Positions 9,996 through 19,321 of a stretch of 42,704 nt of DNA are shown piece by piece; positions within the stretch are counted from its first letter, which is position 1, and every line of letters begins with the position of its first letter. The translations under genes were made by a program, and so were the position numbers. The DNA lies in contig JBAZJC010000002.1 in the NCBI GenBank assembly GCA_041651495.1, positions 1 to 42,704 of the forward strand, in the 5' to 3' direction. This stretch comes from Candidatus Omnitrophota bacterium (GTDB taxonomy: Bacteria; Omnitrophota; Omnitrophia; Omnitrophales; Aquincolibacteriaceae). Under the pieces are notes generated by a model. It saw nothing but the letters and a program-made list of their open reading frames with translations. It made no database searches and was not told where the DNA came from.

Positions 9996-10042
9996 ATAAC
10001 ATACGCTGTCGCCGGCGATCATCTTGCGAGCCCAATAAGTTT

Positions 10043-11650
10043 TCACGCGGCGGCAACTTCCGATCTCACTAAAATGTAAAAACCATCTTTTTCAAAACTG
10101 ATCCGGTACCCCCAAGCCTTCAAGTTTTCCAGGGTTTCAGCAAAAGGCATATCGGAAAGAGGCCAGCCGGAACGGCTAAAGAGAATATAGTCAAATTGAT
10201 ATTTCTCAATCATCTCACGGGTCGGCGGAGTCCTGCCATCCAGGACATACAAATCCTTCCGGTTGATCAACCGGGTGAGAAAATTCGCCTGCGTCAGAAC
10301 CGAATATTTCGGTCCAATCCCCTGGATCTTCGCAAGCATTTCCATATCGTAAGGGCGCTTCTCCTTGATAAAGTTCCATGCATAAAAATATTCCGAGGGC
10401 CCTGAGCGAAGAAGTGAAAACCAGAGAACAATGCAAATCGCTATGTTTTTGCGTTTCGCGAATGCGGGCCACCGCATGCACAAAACGCCGAATCCATAGA
10501 TCGCCGAAATGAAAAGAAACGGATGCAAACCGATGGTGTAATGCCGGGACGGGATCCGCATGATGTCATTTGCTGAAAACATATTCTGAAATACGATTGG
10601 CAAGGTTAAGAGAAGGGTTGGAGGATGAAAAAATGGAAGGAAAAGAACAGGGCTGTAAATCTTCAGCAAATATTCCAACGATTTCCAAAGGCTCAATCCC
10701 GGGTGGCCATAATAGTTGTATTGATAGGGGCTTCGGTTTAAAAAAGGCATCAGCCATTTGACTTCCAATAAAAAGATAATAACCGAAAGGGCCATCACCC
10801 AAATCCCAACTCGCTTCCAAGAATTAAATGCGAAAACATAAAATCCCATCATGAAGGAAATCCCCAGCATATTTTCCTTCCCAAGGGCCACAATAAAAAG
10901 ACATGCGAGAAATCCGGCAAGTCGTTTCCTTTCCGCACAAATAAACGCAAGAAACATAAAAGGCTCGACCAGCGCTTCGGGATGGAATTCATAATGAAGC
11001 GTTACGCGCGCATTGAAGTAGAAAAAATAAATCACGGAGAAAACAATGGCTAGATAGTCGGATTTGAGCTTCTCGCGAGCAAGCCATCCCGTAAAATACA
11101 CCCCGCTTCCGATCGCAACCGCCTGAAGGATAAACACGAGAATGGGATCAGGCCACAAACGGTAGAACGGTATTACAAAGGCGAGGATGGGACTCATATG
11201 ATCCCCCAGGAGGCAAATGCCGTCCTTGATCGAGGAGTATAAAAAATCTCCCTGCGCGCCATTCCATATCGCTTGGGCAAAAATCGCGACATCCCCCCCA
11301 GCCCCGCTAAAATGTCTTAATATCGAAACCGAGGACATGATCGCAATATACGTCAGTGTGAGAATGAGAAGCAGAACCGTGAGAGGCGTTTTTAAAACGG
11401 CGCGGACGAAGCAAACCACGGACAATCGGCTAAACAGGTCTCGGTGTTTGAAGTACAGGAGAAAAAATACGCAAAAAAACGCGGAGACAGGCACCTGCGC
11501 CATGTTCTGGTAGGCGGATTTTCCTGAAAACGCGGAAAGCCACCCCAGCTGAACCAGCGGAACACCGCTCGTAAGAAGAAAAAACAAAGCGAGAATTGCC
11601 GCAAAAGTTGCGATCCCATTCCAAAAATTAAAAGCCCGGGAAGAAATCAT
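10043..11650 (-). CDS. DUF2079-type polytopic membrane protein (predicted GT-C-like), paralog 2
   Basis: 535-aa ORF. The blocks DVAIFAQAIWNGAQGDFLYSSIKDGICLLGDHMSPIL, FHPE and GKEN align with 714..2444. The layout is polytopic with a soluble C-terminal tail. Confidence 0.75.
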   Translation of the reverse strand: MISSRAFNFWNGIATFAAILALFFLLTSGVPLVQLGWLSAFSGKSAYQNMAQVPVSAFFCVFFLLYFKHRDLFSRLSVVCFVRAVLKTPLTVLLLILTLTYIAIMSSVSILRHFSGAGGDVAIFAQAIWNGAQGDFLYSSIKDGICLLGDHMSPILAFVIPFYRLWPDPILVFILQAVAIGSGVYFTGWLAREKLKSDYLAIVFSVIYFFYFNARVTLHYEFHPEALVEPFMFLAFICAERKRLAGFLACLFIVALGKENMLGISFMMGFYVFAFNSWKRVGIWVMALSVIIFLLEVKWLMPFLNRSPYQYNYYGHPGLSLWKSLEYLLKIYSPVLFLPFFHPPTLLLTLPIVFQNMFSANDIMRIPSRHYTIGLHPFLFISAIYGFGVLCMRWPAFAKRKNIAICIVLWFSLLRSGPSEYFYAWNFIKEKRPYDMEMLAKIQGIGPKYSVLTQANFLTRLINRKDLYVLDGRTPPTREMIEKYQFDYILFSRSGWPLSDMPFAETLENLKAWGYRISFEKDGFYILVRSEVAAA

Positions 11651-11653
11651 TAT

Positions 11654-14164
11654 CTACCTTTTGGTTCTTACATTACCAAGCTTACGAGCATTTAAAAAAT
11701 CAATGAAAGAAAGGAAAAAGCCGAGTACGAATGTAGCAGAAGCGATAATGAGGCCGAGTCTCATGATGGCGGGTACATATACAAATTTAACTTGGTGCTT
11801 CCCTTTGGGAACCTTTACAGATTTAAAAATATAATTCGCCCGACTGATGGTCGTTTGTTTTCCATCGAGGTAAGCTTTCCACCCCGTATCAAAAGCATCC
11901 GTGATAACCAGAAACCCATCTTCGAAAAGCGAGATATTCATTACCAGTTCATTCGCGTTATAGGTTTCGATTGTAATCTCGTCATCGAGGCCGGCGCGAT
12001 CCGGCATCTTGCCGTAAAGACCGTTGGCATAACGCGGATTTTCCAATAGCACTGTTTTCTGGAAATCGGTCTTTTTTTCCCGGAGCCGGTTCAGGACTTT
12101 TGCTCCATCATTCACGACTTCGGCTTCGTGAACAATGTAAGCACGTGGCAATGCATCAGAATTTTTAAAAATTTTATATTTTCCACTCTCATAGACAAGA
12201 TCGTACTGTTTCAGCGAAGCATCTTTCATAGTGATCACATATTTTATATTGGCCATATCCGCATAATAGTCATCAAACTCTTCTATCTCCCCCAAAAGCC
12301 ATCCGGGAATCTCTTTTTTAGCCAAAAGTTGAAAAAAATCAACATAGCGTTTTTTGACCAACGATCGATATCCTTCCGGGGTCTGTAGAGGATAAAGCAG
12401 GTTGGTTTCTGGCCTTAAAACTATATTTCGCGTGTCAATCTGTCTGAAATCGACAAGTGCAGGATTCTTAGGATCAATGAAAGGCTGCAGAGGCAGGACG
12501 CGAAAAAGTCCGGGGTCTTGAAGTATGAAATCCGCCTCTTGACGAAGAGGCGTCAGGCTTTGCGCGGAATAAGCCGTTGTGGGTCGCAAGTTAAAAAATG
12601 AATCCAGAAAGATGACCCCCAGAAAAAAAAGGAAAAGAACTCTGCGACTTAGCCAGCCTTTGAAATAGGAGGTAATACCAATGAATGTCAACGACAGGAT
12701 GAGAATGGGATTGGCATAGATTGTATTGAGAGGCGAGGCCCAGCATTTCAGATACGCAATGATCTGAAGAATGCGCCCCCGATAAAAGTCTTCCGAAGCA
12801 AAATAAAAATTCTGTTTTAAAACCATGGGCAAAATATGAGACAGGGAAAATGCGGTTAAGGCGTTTTTCCAAAAGGAAACGACGCACCAGAGGAAAAGTC
12901 TCAATAGGATAAGCGCTAAAAGCAGCGTGGTTATGATTTTTATAGAACGACTGATCCTGCTCGCGCGTTCCCTGTGTTGGTCAAAGGCGGCAAACCCAAA
13001 AGCGGCAAGCAAGCTGACCGCAAATCCATAGATCAGATAGATCCGGTTAATGACGGGCAGGTCCTTCAAAACGGGAATATATTGAATAAAGAAAAAAAGT
13101 GGATTCAAGATCAGATAGCCGAGGATGCAGACCGCGGAAATGCCGAGAAACTTTTCAATGGAATGTTTTTTTTCTTTTAGAATGAGCAGAAACGCAAGAA
13201 GCAACGGGACGATCCCGACATAAGGCGCCTCCAGGAATCGAAGCTTCAGAAATGGAAGAAATTTTCGGAGGATCCCTTGTCGGATAACATCGTGTAAAAA
13301 ATTCAGGGTAGGATCTAATGAATTATAGAGATATCCCGGGAAAATCATCCCGATCCATTCAGTGGGAAACAAGATATTGATAATACCGCCCACAGCCTGT
13401 TGCCGATGTGACAGTGAAAGCAGCTGGTACACCCGGAAAAGATGGAAGCAGATCAGTCCCAGCGTCAACAGGAACGGAATGCAGGTTTTTAAAAATAGAA
13501 AAAAATAGTGACGCTTTGGGCTGTTCTTGCGGAGGAAAACCAGAATATACACGAACAAAAACATCGAAGAATAAATCACATATTGAGGATTCGCACTCAG
13601 GTAGTACCAGGCATTGGCGATCGATAGAAGAAAAGCCCAATAAAATCGTCGCGTGTGTATCCATTGGGTCGCAAGAACGAACAAAACCGGCAGGAAAAAT
13701 GTTGGGTTTTCAGTCGGCACATTGACGCTCAGGGTCAGATAAATAAACCCTCCCAAAAGTGCCGATTCGCGACTTAACCGGAATTGTTTTTCAAGCGACA
13801 GAAAAACAAAATACCCGGAAAGAAATGCCGAAATGGCAATGGCGCCATTCCAGGCGAAATGCAAACTCAAAAAAAACGTTAAAAAATGGCCAAGCGTGTA
13901 ATTGCTGAACGCGTCGAGTCCGTCCGGAGTTCCGCACAAAGCAAAAGGATTCCACAGAGGGAAAATATGGTGCCGTATCGAATTCTGAAAAAACGAAAGG
14001 CGACTATAAAATTGGCAGTAGAGATCATTTAAGTCCATGTAGAGTTTTGAAAAAAAATGAGGGTAATACAACGACGTCAAGCAAAAGAAAAAAAGGATGG
14101 GCCCGACGAAAAAAACGGTGTGGGAGCTTTTTTTCACCATCGTCTGACCCGGAATCATTTGCAT
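11654..14164 (-). CDS. YfhO-family GT-C membrane glycosyltransferase, paralog 1
   Basis: 836-aa polytopic ORF. The N-terminal block is DLNDLYCQFYSRLSFFQNSIRHHIFPLWNPFALCGTP. The C-terminal block is GWKAYLDGKQTTISRANYIFKSVKVPKGKHQVKFVYVP. Both are typical of the bacterial YfhO family. Confidence 0.75.
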   Translation of the reverse strand: MQMIPGQTMVKKSSHTVFFVGPILFFFCLTSLYYPHFFSKLYMDLNDLYCQFYSRLSFFQNSIRHHIFPLWNPFALCGTPDGLDAFSNYTLGHFLTFFLSLHFAWNGAIAISAFLSGYFVFLSLEKQFRLSRESALLGGFIYLTLSVNVPTENPTFFLPVLFVLATQWIHTRRFYWAFLLSIANAWYYLSANPQYVIYSSMFLFVYILVFLRKNSPKRHYFFLFLKTCIPFLLTLGLICFHLFRVYQLLSLSHRQQAVGGIINILFPTEWIGMIFPGYLYNSLDPTLNFLHDVIRQGILRKFLPFLKLRFLEAPYVGIVPLLLAFLLILKEKKHSIEKFLGISAVCILGYLILNPLFFFIQYIPVLKDLPVINRIYLIYGFAVSLLAAFGFAAFDQHRERASRISRSIKIITTLLLALILLRLFLWCVVSFWKNALTAFSLSHILPMVLKQNFYFASEDFYRGRILQIIAYLKCWASPLNTIYANPILILSLTFIGITSYFKGWLSRRVLFLFFLGVIFLDSFFNLRPTTAYSAQSLTPLRQEADFILQDPGLFRVLPLQPFIDPKNPALVDFRQIDTRNIVLRPETNLLYPLQTPEGYRSLVKKRYVDFFQLLAKKEIPGWLLGEIEEFDDYYADMANIKYVITMKDASLKQYDLVYESGKYKIFKNSDALPRAYIVHEAEVVNDGAKVLNRLREKKTDFQKTVLLENPRYANGLYGKMPDRAGLDDEITIETYNANELVMNISLFEDGFLVITDAFDTGWKAYLDGKQTTISRANYIFKSVKVPKGKHQVKFVYVPAIMRLGLIIASATFVLGFFLSFIDFLNARKLGNVRTKR

Positions 14165-14180
14165 AGTCCGACCCGAAAAA

Positions 14181-14942
14181 TCATCGAACCTGTCCCAATC
14201 GGCCGGGAAGTTGATTTAAAAAATCATTAAAATATGCGGGAGGTTTTAAATTGAGCAGTCGAGTACGATTCGCATCGAGGTCCTGAAAAGTCAGTTTTCC
14301 GATTTCCTCAGGAGTATACAAAAGTCTGTTTTCCATCTTCCCGCGGGTCACAATACCGACCCCCATATCGCAATCCAACACAAACACATTGAGATCGGCA
14401 AACGAAGATCGCAAATAAACAATGGCCTTCCAGACGTCCCCGCACCACAGGTAGTCCCACCCGGGTACTTTCTTGGCTGCGGCTTCGGCTACAGAATTCG
14501 CCGGAATCGCCTGGGCTAATGTTGCCGGATTGCAATCGTGGAGAACTAAAACGCCGTTTTGATCCAGGTGTTTCAAACAGTTAAGAACATCGCGAAGCGC
14601 TTGATCGTAACTATGAAGCCCGTCGATTAGTGCCACTTCCGCTTCACGTCTTTCAAAAAGATGCGACATGGTCCTGAAAAACTCATCACTGGCCATTTCA
14701 TAAAAATCGGATTTTTCAAAACCGAGGCATTGGCAAATGAAACGGTACGCTTTTTTCGCCTCCAGCATCCAATCATCTCTTTTCGCAAACACATGCCTCA
14801 TGATAAGGTTCTTGGGGTCGACCCCAATCTTTCGCTTTACGTCAATCGTAAGGAAGGTGTGCCCAAGAGACACTCCGATTTCCAGGTAGTTCTCTGCGCA
14901 CGTTTTTTTGATAATCGATTGAACGATCGAGATGCGATTCAT
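14181..14942 (-). CDS. Class I SAM-dependent methyltransferase (Methyltransf_24-like)
   Basis: YLEIGVSLGHTF ... ALIDGLHSYDQALRDVLNCLKHLDQNGVLVLHDCNP. There is a 4-nt overlap with the upstream GT2. Confidence 0.7.
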   Translation of the reverse strand: MNRISIVQSIIKKTCAENYLEIGVSLGHTFLTIDVKRKIGVDPKNLIMRHVFAKRDDWMLEAKKAYRFICQCLGFEKSDFYEMASDEFFRTMSHLFERREAEVALIDGLHSYDQALRDVLNCLKHLDQNGVLVLHDCNPATLAQAIPANSVAEAAAKKVPGWDYLWCGDVWKAIVYLRSSFADLNVFVLDCDMGVGIVTRGKMENRLLYTPEEIGKLTFQDLDANRTRLLNLKPPAYFNDFLNQLPGRLGQVR

Positions 14943-15883
14943 GAATTTTGGGCTCCAAGCTTGGCCTTCAGTGCATCATACAAACGTGGAAAAAGAGCCT
15001 CACAAACGGCCTGAGTTCTCCCTTTCCAATTGTGAGGATGAAAAAAGAGATAATATCCCAAATATGGGAGCTGCCAAAACTTTTTCTGAGAATAAACATC
15101 GCAAAAATTCGCCAATTTTGCAAAATTGAACCTGCCTTTTAAAACAGCGGCCTTTTCGAAAAAGTCGATACGTTTTCGGATTTCGCCAAGGAAAACCTCA
15201 GGATCGAATAAGGACTTCCGGCCCGCACCGATAACATTCCTCTGATGCTGCCGGTACTTCACGAGTTTTTCTTTAGTAAAAAGAATCTTTCCCATCCCGC
15301 AGCTGGTCACAAAAGCAAGATGATCGTGCAAAAAAGGCACACCGCCGCGAAAGCTTAGAATCTTTTCCGCGACAGCCCGTCGAAGCATCATGGAGCATCC
15401 CGGCGTTATATTCCGGAACAGAACCCGTTCATCAAGCACCCCCCTCACAGGCTGGGTCGCGGACATCTTCCAGAATGAGCGATGGAGTCGATTCAAATTC
15501 TCATCACAAACTTCAAGATCAGAATAGACCAACAACGTTTCTTCGTTTGGCTCCAAAAGCCGCATTAAACGCTCAACCTTATCAGCACGCCAATAGTCAT
15601 CTTGGTCACAAAAACAGACGAAAGCACCCCGACAATGCCTAAGAGCCTTCAAAAAATTAGTTGTCACTCCAAGGCGTGTGTCATTGGAAAATAATCGAAT
15701 GCGCGTGTCTGATCCGGAGAAGTCACGGGCGATCTTGAATGTCTCATCCTCCGAACAGTCATCGCTGATAATAACCTCGAGATTCTTATAGGTCTGTGCC
15801 AGAACACTTCCGATCTGATCGGGAAGATAGCTCGCGCCATTGCAGGTTGCGATCACGATCGAAACAAGCGGGGCGCTGGTCAC
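14939..15883 (-). CDS. Glycosyltransferase family 2 (rhamnosyltransferase-like subgroup)
   Basis: LVSIVIATCNGASYLPDQIGSVLAQTYKNLEVIISDDCSEDET ... FVCFCDQDDYW. There is a 4-nt overlap with the wzx-like gene. Confidence 0.85.
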   Translation of the reverse strand: MTSAPLVSIVIATCNGASYLPDQIGSVLAQTYKNLEVIISDDCSEDETFKIARDFSGSDTRIRLFSNDTRLGVTTNFLKALRHCRGAFVCFCDQDDYWRADKVERLMRLLEPNEETLLVYSDLEVCDENLNRLHRSFWKMSATQPVRGVLDERVLFRNITPGCSMMLRRAVAEKILSFRGGVPFLHDHLAFVTSCGMGKILFTKEKLVKYRQHQRNVIGAGRKSLFDPEVFLGEIRKRIDFFEKAAVLKGRFNFAKLANFCDVYSQKKFWQLPYLGYYLFFHPHNWKGRTQAVCEALFPRLYDALKAKLGAQNS

Positions 15884-17367
15884 GAAGCCACCTTTTGAAA
15901 TCGTTTTGATTTAAGAAATTTTTCTTTCAGGATCGGCCACACTTCATATTTTCTATTGATGTGTATCAAAAACGGGAGGTAAACGGCCACCAAGCTAAAG
16001 ATTTGGCCGAACATTCGAGGAAGTAATGGGAGCACGCCCAGCATTCTATCCAGGGCAATAAGAACAAGAATCATAAAAACAAAATTGGCAAAAACCAAAA
16101 AATATTCCCGACACAACTCTCCCAATGTAAAGATATAACGCCCCATCAAAAGATGTAATGCCGTGAAGTTCACCATCATAACAGCCGTCATTATGATCGC
16201 TATCTCATTGATGCCAGCACCGGTCTTGATTGCAAGGAAAAGCAAAACGAAAGCGATAAAACACATACCCATCGCAATAGGAAATTGCAAAAAGTGCTTT
16301 TTACTTACAACAATGGCATTGCTATAAGTCTGCGTGAGCCCAACAAAAAACGTGCTGAGCGCTAAATATTTAAGGGCCACTATTCCCCCCTCAAATTTAG
16401 GAAGAATGAGATTCACAACAAAAGGAACCACAAACCAACCCAAACCTATCAGGATCGGCATCAGAATTGAGAAAACATGATTCGACTTTTTAAGATAACC
16501 CCGCAAATCGCGGACATTTTCGCCTTCCGCATATTTTTCCGATACATTGGGAAGCAGCACTACGCCAATTGAATTCGGAACACTGCAAATGAATCCTGCT
16601 GTCATCATTGCGATACTGTATAGACCAAGGGCTTCAAGTCCGAGATATTTTGCAATCATCATCTTATCGATCGTGAGAAGAACCGTTCCCGCGAGCGTCA
16701 GCATCATGAGAGGGAAACCGTATTGGATCAGTCCCATCAGTACTTTTGTGTTTAATGTCCAGCGAAATCGGAAATTTTCGTGATAAAGGATATAAACGAT
16801 GTTAAATACAAAACTCAGAACCATTGCCCACATAAAGCCGTACAGCCTAAAAGTTGACGAGAGAATCGCCACAAGAATGAAATTAACGACTGAGGATAGT
16901 GCCATTTGTTTCCCGGCCAACTTGAAATTCTTGTAGGCCCGGAGAAAGGAAATCAGAACATTGTTCAGCTGTTGCAAAATGACAAGCCCCGTGGCGATTA
17001 ACAATCCATAGAATAATTCTCGGGGGATCTGAGAGCGACGAATACAAGCGTAGACAAAAAGCCCGATCGAAAATAACATCGATGTTAGGAACGAAAAACT
17101 GAACATCACGTTTTTCATTTTTTCTGTTTCTTCGATCTTTCCCTGGGCCCTTTTAAAGGGAATTTCGATCGGGATAGCGTATGTGGCTCCTAGATTCACG
17201 TAATCGATATAGCTCAGAATCACTTGGACCAGGGACCAAACACCGGTCTGCAGAGGCCCAAGAAAATACCGGATGATAAGTGCTCCGGCCACGCTCACGA
17301 ATTGTGTCAGCACAAATGCGGACGAATAAATGCCGACTTGGCCCACCACTTCTTTAAATCGAGACAT
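15880..17367 (-). CDS. wzx: Wzx/MOP-superfamily polysaccharide (lipid-linked oligosaccharide) flippase
   Basis: Highly hydrophobic multi-TM ORF with a Polysacc_synt-like N-terminus (FKEVVGQVGIYSSAFVLTQFVSVAGALIIRYFLGP). ATG 17367 (MSRFKEV) is preferred. The ORF-track extension to 17484 is Arg-rich and overlaps the upstream gene by 131 nt. Confidence 0.75.
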   Translation of the reverse strand: MSRFKEVVGQVGIYSSAFVLTQFVSVAGALIIRYFLGPLQTGVWSLVQVILSYIDYVNLGATYAIPIEIPFKRAQGKIEETEKMKNVMFSFSFLTSMLFSIGLFVYACIRRSQIPRELFYGLLIATGLVILQQLNNVLISFLRAYKNFKLAGKQMALSSVVNFILVAILSSTFRLYGFMWAMVLSFVFNIVYILYHENFRFRWTLNTKVLMGLIQYGFPLMMLTLAGTVLLTIDKMMIAKYLGLEALGLYSIAMMTAGFICSVPNSIGVVLLPNVSEKYAEGENVRDLRGYLKKSNHVFSILMPILIGLGWFVVPFVVNLILPKFEGGIVALKYLALSTFFVGLTQTYSNAIVVSKKHFLQFPIAMGMCFIAFVLLFLAIKTGAGINEIAIIMTAVMMVNFTALHLLMGRYIFTLGELCREYFLVFANFVFMILVLIALDRMLGVLPLLPRMFGQIFSLVAVYLPFLIHINRKYEVWPILKEKFLKSKRFQKVAS

Positions 17368-19321
17368 GGATTTCGCCTCGAACCTTTTTCGAAATAAACT
17401 CCGTGACCCGCAAACTTGCCTGGCCACTTCGCTCGCCAAGGTAGTACACCTGTGTCGTGGATATCTTCTGCGATCTGGTTGCATACAACTTCCTATTGGG
17501 GAGTTTTTTCAAAGCCATTTCAAAACCTGCCACGTCGCGAACAACTTGACACAATCCATTTTCTTCGAGGCGCCGCACATGGCTACTATCTTGATGTTCT
17601 GGATCAAAGTAAAAAGCTGGGACACTGGCAATTCCAGCTTCAATCAAAGTTGAAGACCAGGGGCAAAGCACAATCGCATCACTTTTGGCCAAAAGAGCAA
17701 AAAAATCTTCGGAAGCTTTCGCGACACGCACACGACAGCCCGGCTTAATATCCTTCACCAATCGTTTCCACAGAGTTTCATCCTCGGAATAATGCGGCTT
17801 TACAGTTACGGTCAGGGACAAATTTCGCGAAGCCAACAAAAGGGTGCGGATCGCAAGCTCCTGAAAATACCGGTAAGCATAAATATCGCAACCGATGAAA
17901 CCAAGAATATCGGGAGAAGATGGCCAAAGGTAAGCACCGCAAAAAAGAACCCGCGTAGTGTCAGACACAGTTGGCGACGCATTCGAAATCAAACCGATCA
18001 AGCGATCATATCGAGGAATCCCGCTCACCACCACCTTCTTTGGATCCCAACCTCGCTCGACATAGGTATCTTTTTCATACAATCCTTGCACAAAGGTATA
18101 TGATTGCGAAAAACATCGCGCCGTCTCAGGGACAATGCAATCGATGGCCATATTAGCGTGAGAAATACAAAAGTTCTGGACACCTGCTTTTTTCATGAAT
18201 TCGGCAAAAAAAGCGTGCGCATTAAAATCTTCATCAAGTAAAACCCCGGATAGACCGAGCACTTTCAAGACCTGCTTATAGACCGCCTCTTCCTTCGAAA
18301 AACGTTCAAAATACTCCGTCATATTGCTAAAAATCTTCTGTTTGATGAAATTCTTGAAATCATGCGTTTCGTATTGAAAGAGACCACGACAGGCGGGATG
18401 ATCCAACGCAGCAGACAGTTCAGCAGCCGCGGTTTGCAATGGACTTTCGCATTCATCTTCCGGATCTAGCAAAAAACAGGACCGAAGAAAATACGGCAAT
18501 CCCATCTTGAGGGAAAAACAAAAGTGGTCAAAATGAAACCGGTCATCGTAAAAACATATATCACAGTTTTGTTTCTTGAGCTGAACCATGGTGGATGCTA
18601 GATGGCGAAGCGTACCAAATGCCATTATCTCGTAGCCATGACGCGGTCGCACTGTTGCACTGTAAATTTTTTCCGTAATATTCCTTAAGAATTGCTTCAA
18701 CTTCGAAAGCAACGATGACGTCTCAAAAAGCGGCTCTTTGATCTGAGAAAGCTCAAGAAGATGGATCTTTCGCCCCCTCATGGCAGCAATCTCATGTATG
18801 AAATAATTCAGCGTCGCATTGCCGGATAATTCCGGATATTTGTCACTGACCTCACCGCTAAAAACATAAAACTCATCGACTGTGTTTTTTGCAACGATGT
18901 GGCAAGCGTAAAGATAATTTTTAACTGCGGAAATAAGAATGACCGAAAACCATAAAAAGATCACAGAGGCATAGTCGTAAACTTTAAAAAGCCCCTTCTC
19001 CCTGCAAATCCGGATCCATTCCCCCGCTTCACCAATCCCCCAATTATTTATTTCCTTCCACCGATCCTTCAGTGAAAACTCATTGAGCTTCTCAAAACAG
19101 ATATTCTTTTTTTTAAGAAATTCGTAAAACCTTTCGTTGTCACAAAAGAACAGGACTTCGTCCTTTGAGAGCCTCATCTCTTCGAACTTCTCAAACTGCT
19201 TCTTATTAGATAAAACGATCGCGTTCATGAAGACACCTTGTTCCGTAGATTTCACGGCAAAACGAGAACATTTTTTTAGATTGGAATTAACGGACCGTCC
19301 AAAGGGATTGCGAGCATTCAT
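17354..19321 (-). CDS. Orphan 655-aa protein with a GT-B/TagF-like C-terminal half; candidate glycosyl- or nonulosonate transferase
   Basis: ATG 19321 forms an ATGA overlap with the upstream stop. ATG 19228 (MNAIVLSNKK) is an alternative start. I recognise no family for the N-terminal half. The C-terminal half has VVVSGIPRYDRLIG, TVTVKPHYSED and LLAKSDAIVLCPWSSTLIEAGIASVPAFYFDP. These are reminiscent of CDP-glycerol glycerophosphotransferase / capsule-synthesis GT-B enzymes. Confidence 0.45.
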   Translation of the reverse strand: MNARNPFGRSVNSNLKKCSRFAVKSTEQGVFMNAIVLSNKKQFEKFEEMRLSKDEVLFFCDNERFYEFLKKKNICFEKLNEFSLKDRWKEINNWGIGEAGEWIRICREKGLFKVYDYASVIFLWFSVILISAVKNYLYACHIVAKNTVDEFYVFSGEVSDKYPELSGNATLNYFIHEIAAMRGRKIHLLELSQIKEPLFETSSLLSKLKQFLRNITEKIYSATVRPRHGYEIMAFGTLRHLASTMVQLKKQNCDICFYDDRFHFDHFCFSLKMGLPYFLRSCFLLDPEDECESPLQTAAAELSAALDHPACRGLFQYETHDFKNFIKQKIFSNMTEYFERFSKEEAVYKQVLKVLGLSGVLLDEDFNAHAFFAEFMKKAGVQNFCISHANMAIDCIVPETARCFSQSYTFVQGLYEKDTYVERGWDPKKVVVSGIPRYDRLIGLISNASPTVSDTTRVLFCGAYLWPSSPDILGFIGCDIYAYRYFQELAIRTLLLASRNLSLTVTVKPHYSEDETLWKRLVKDIKPGCRVRVAKASEDFFALLAKSDAIVLCPWSSTLIEAGIASVPAFYFDPEHQDSSHVRRLEENGLCQVVRDVAGFEMALKKLPNRKLYATRSQKISTTQVYYLGERSGQASLRVTEFISKKVRGEIHVSI

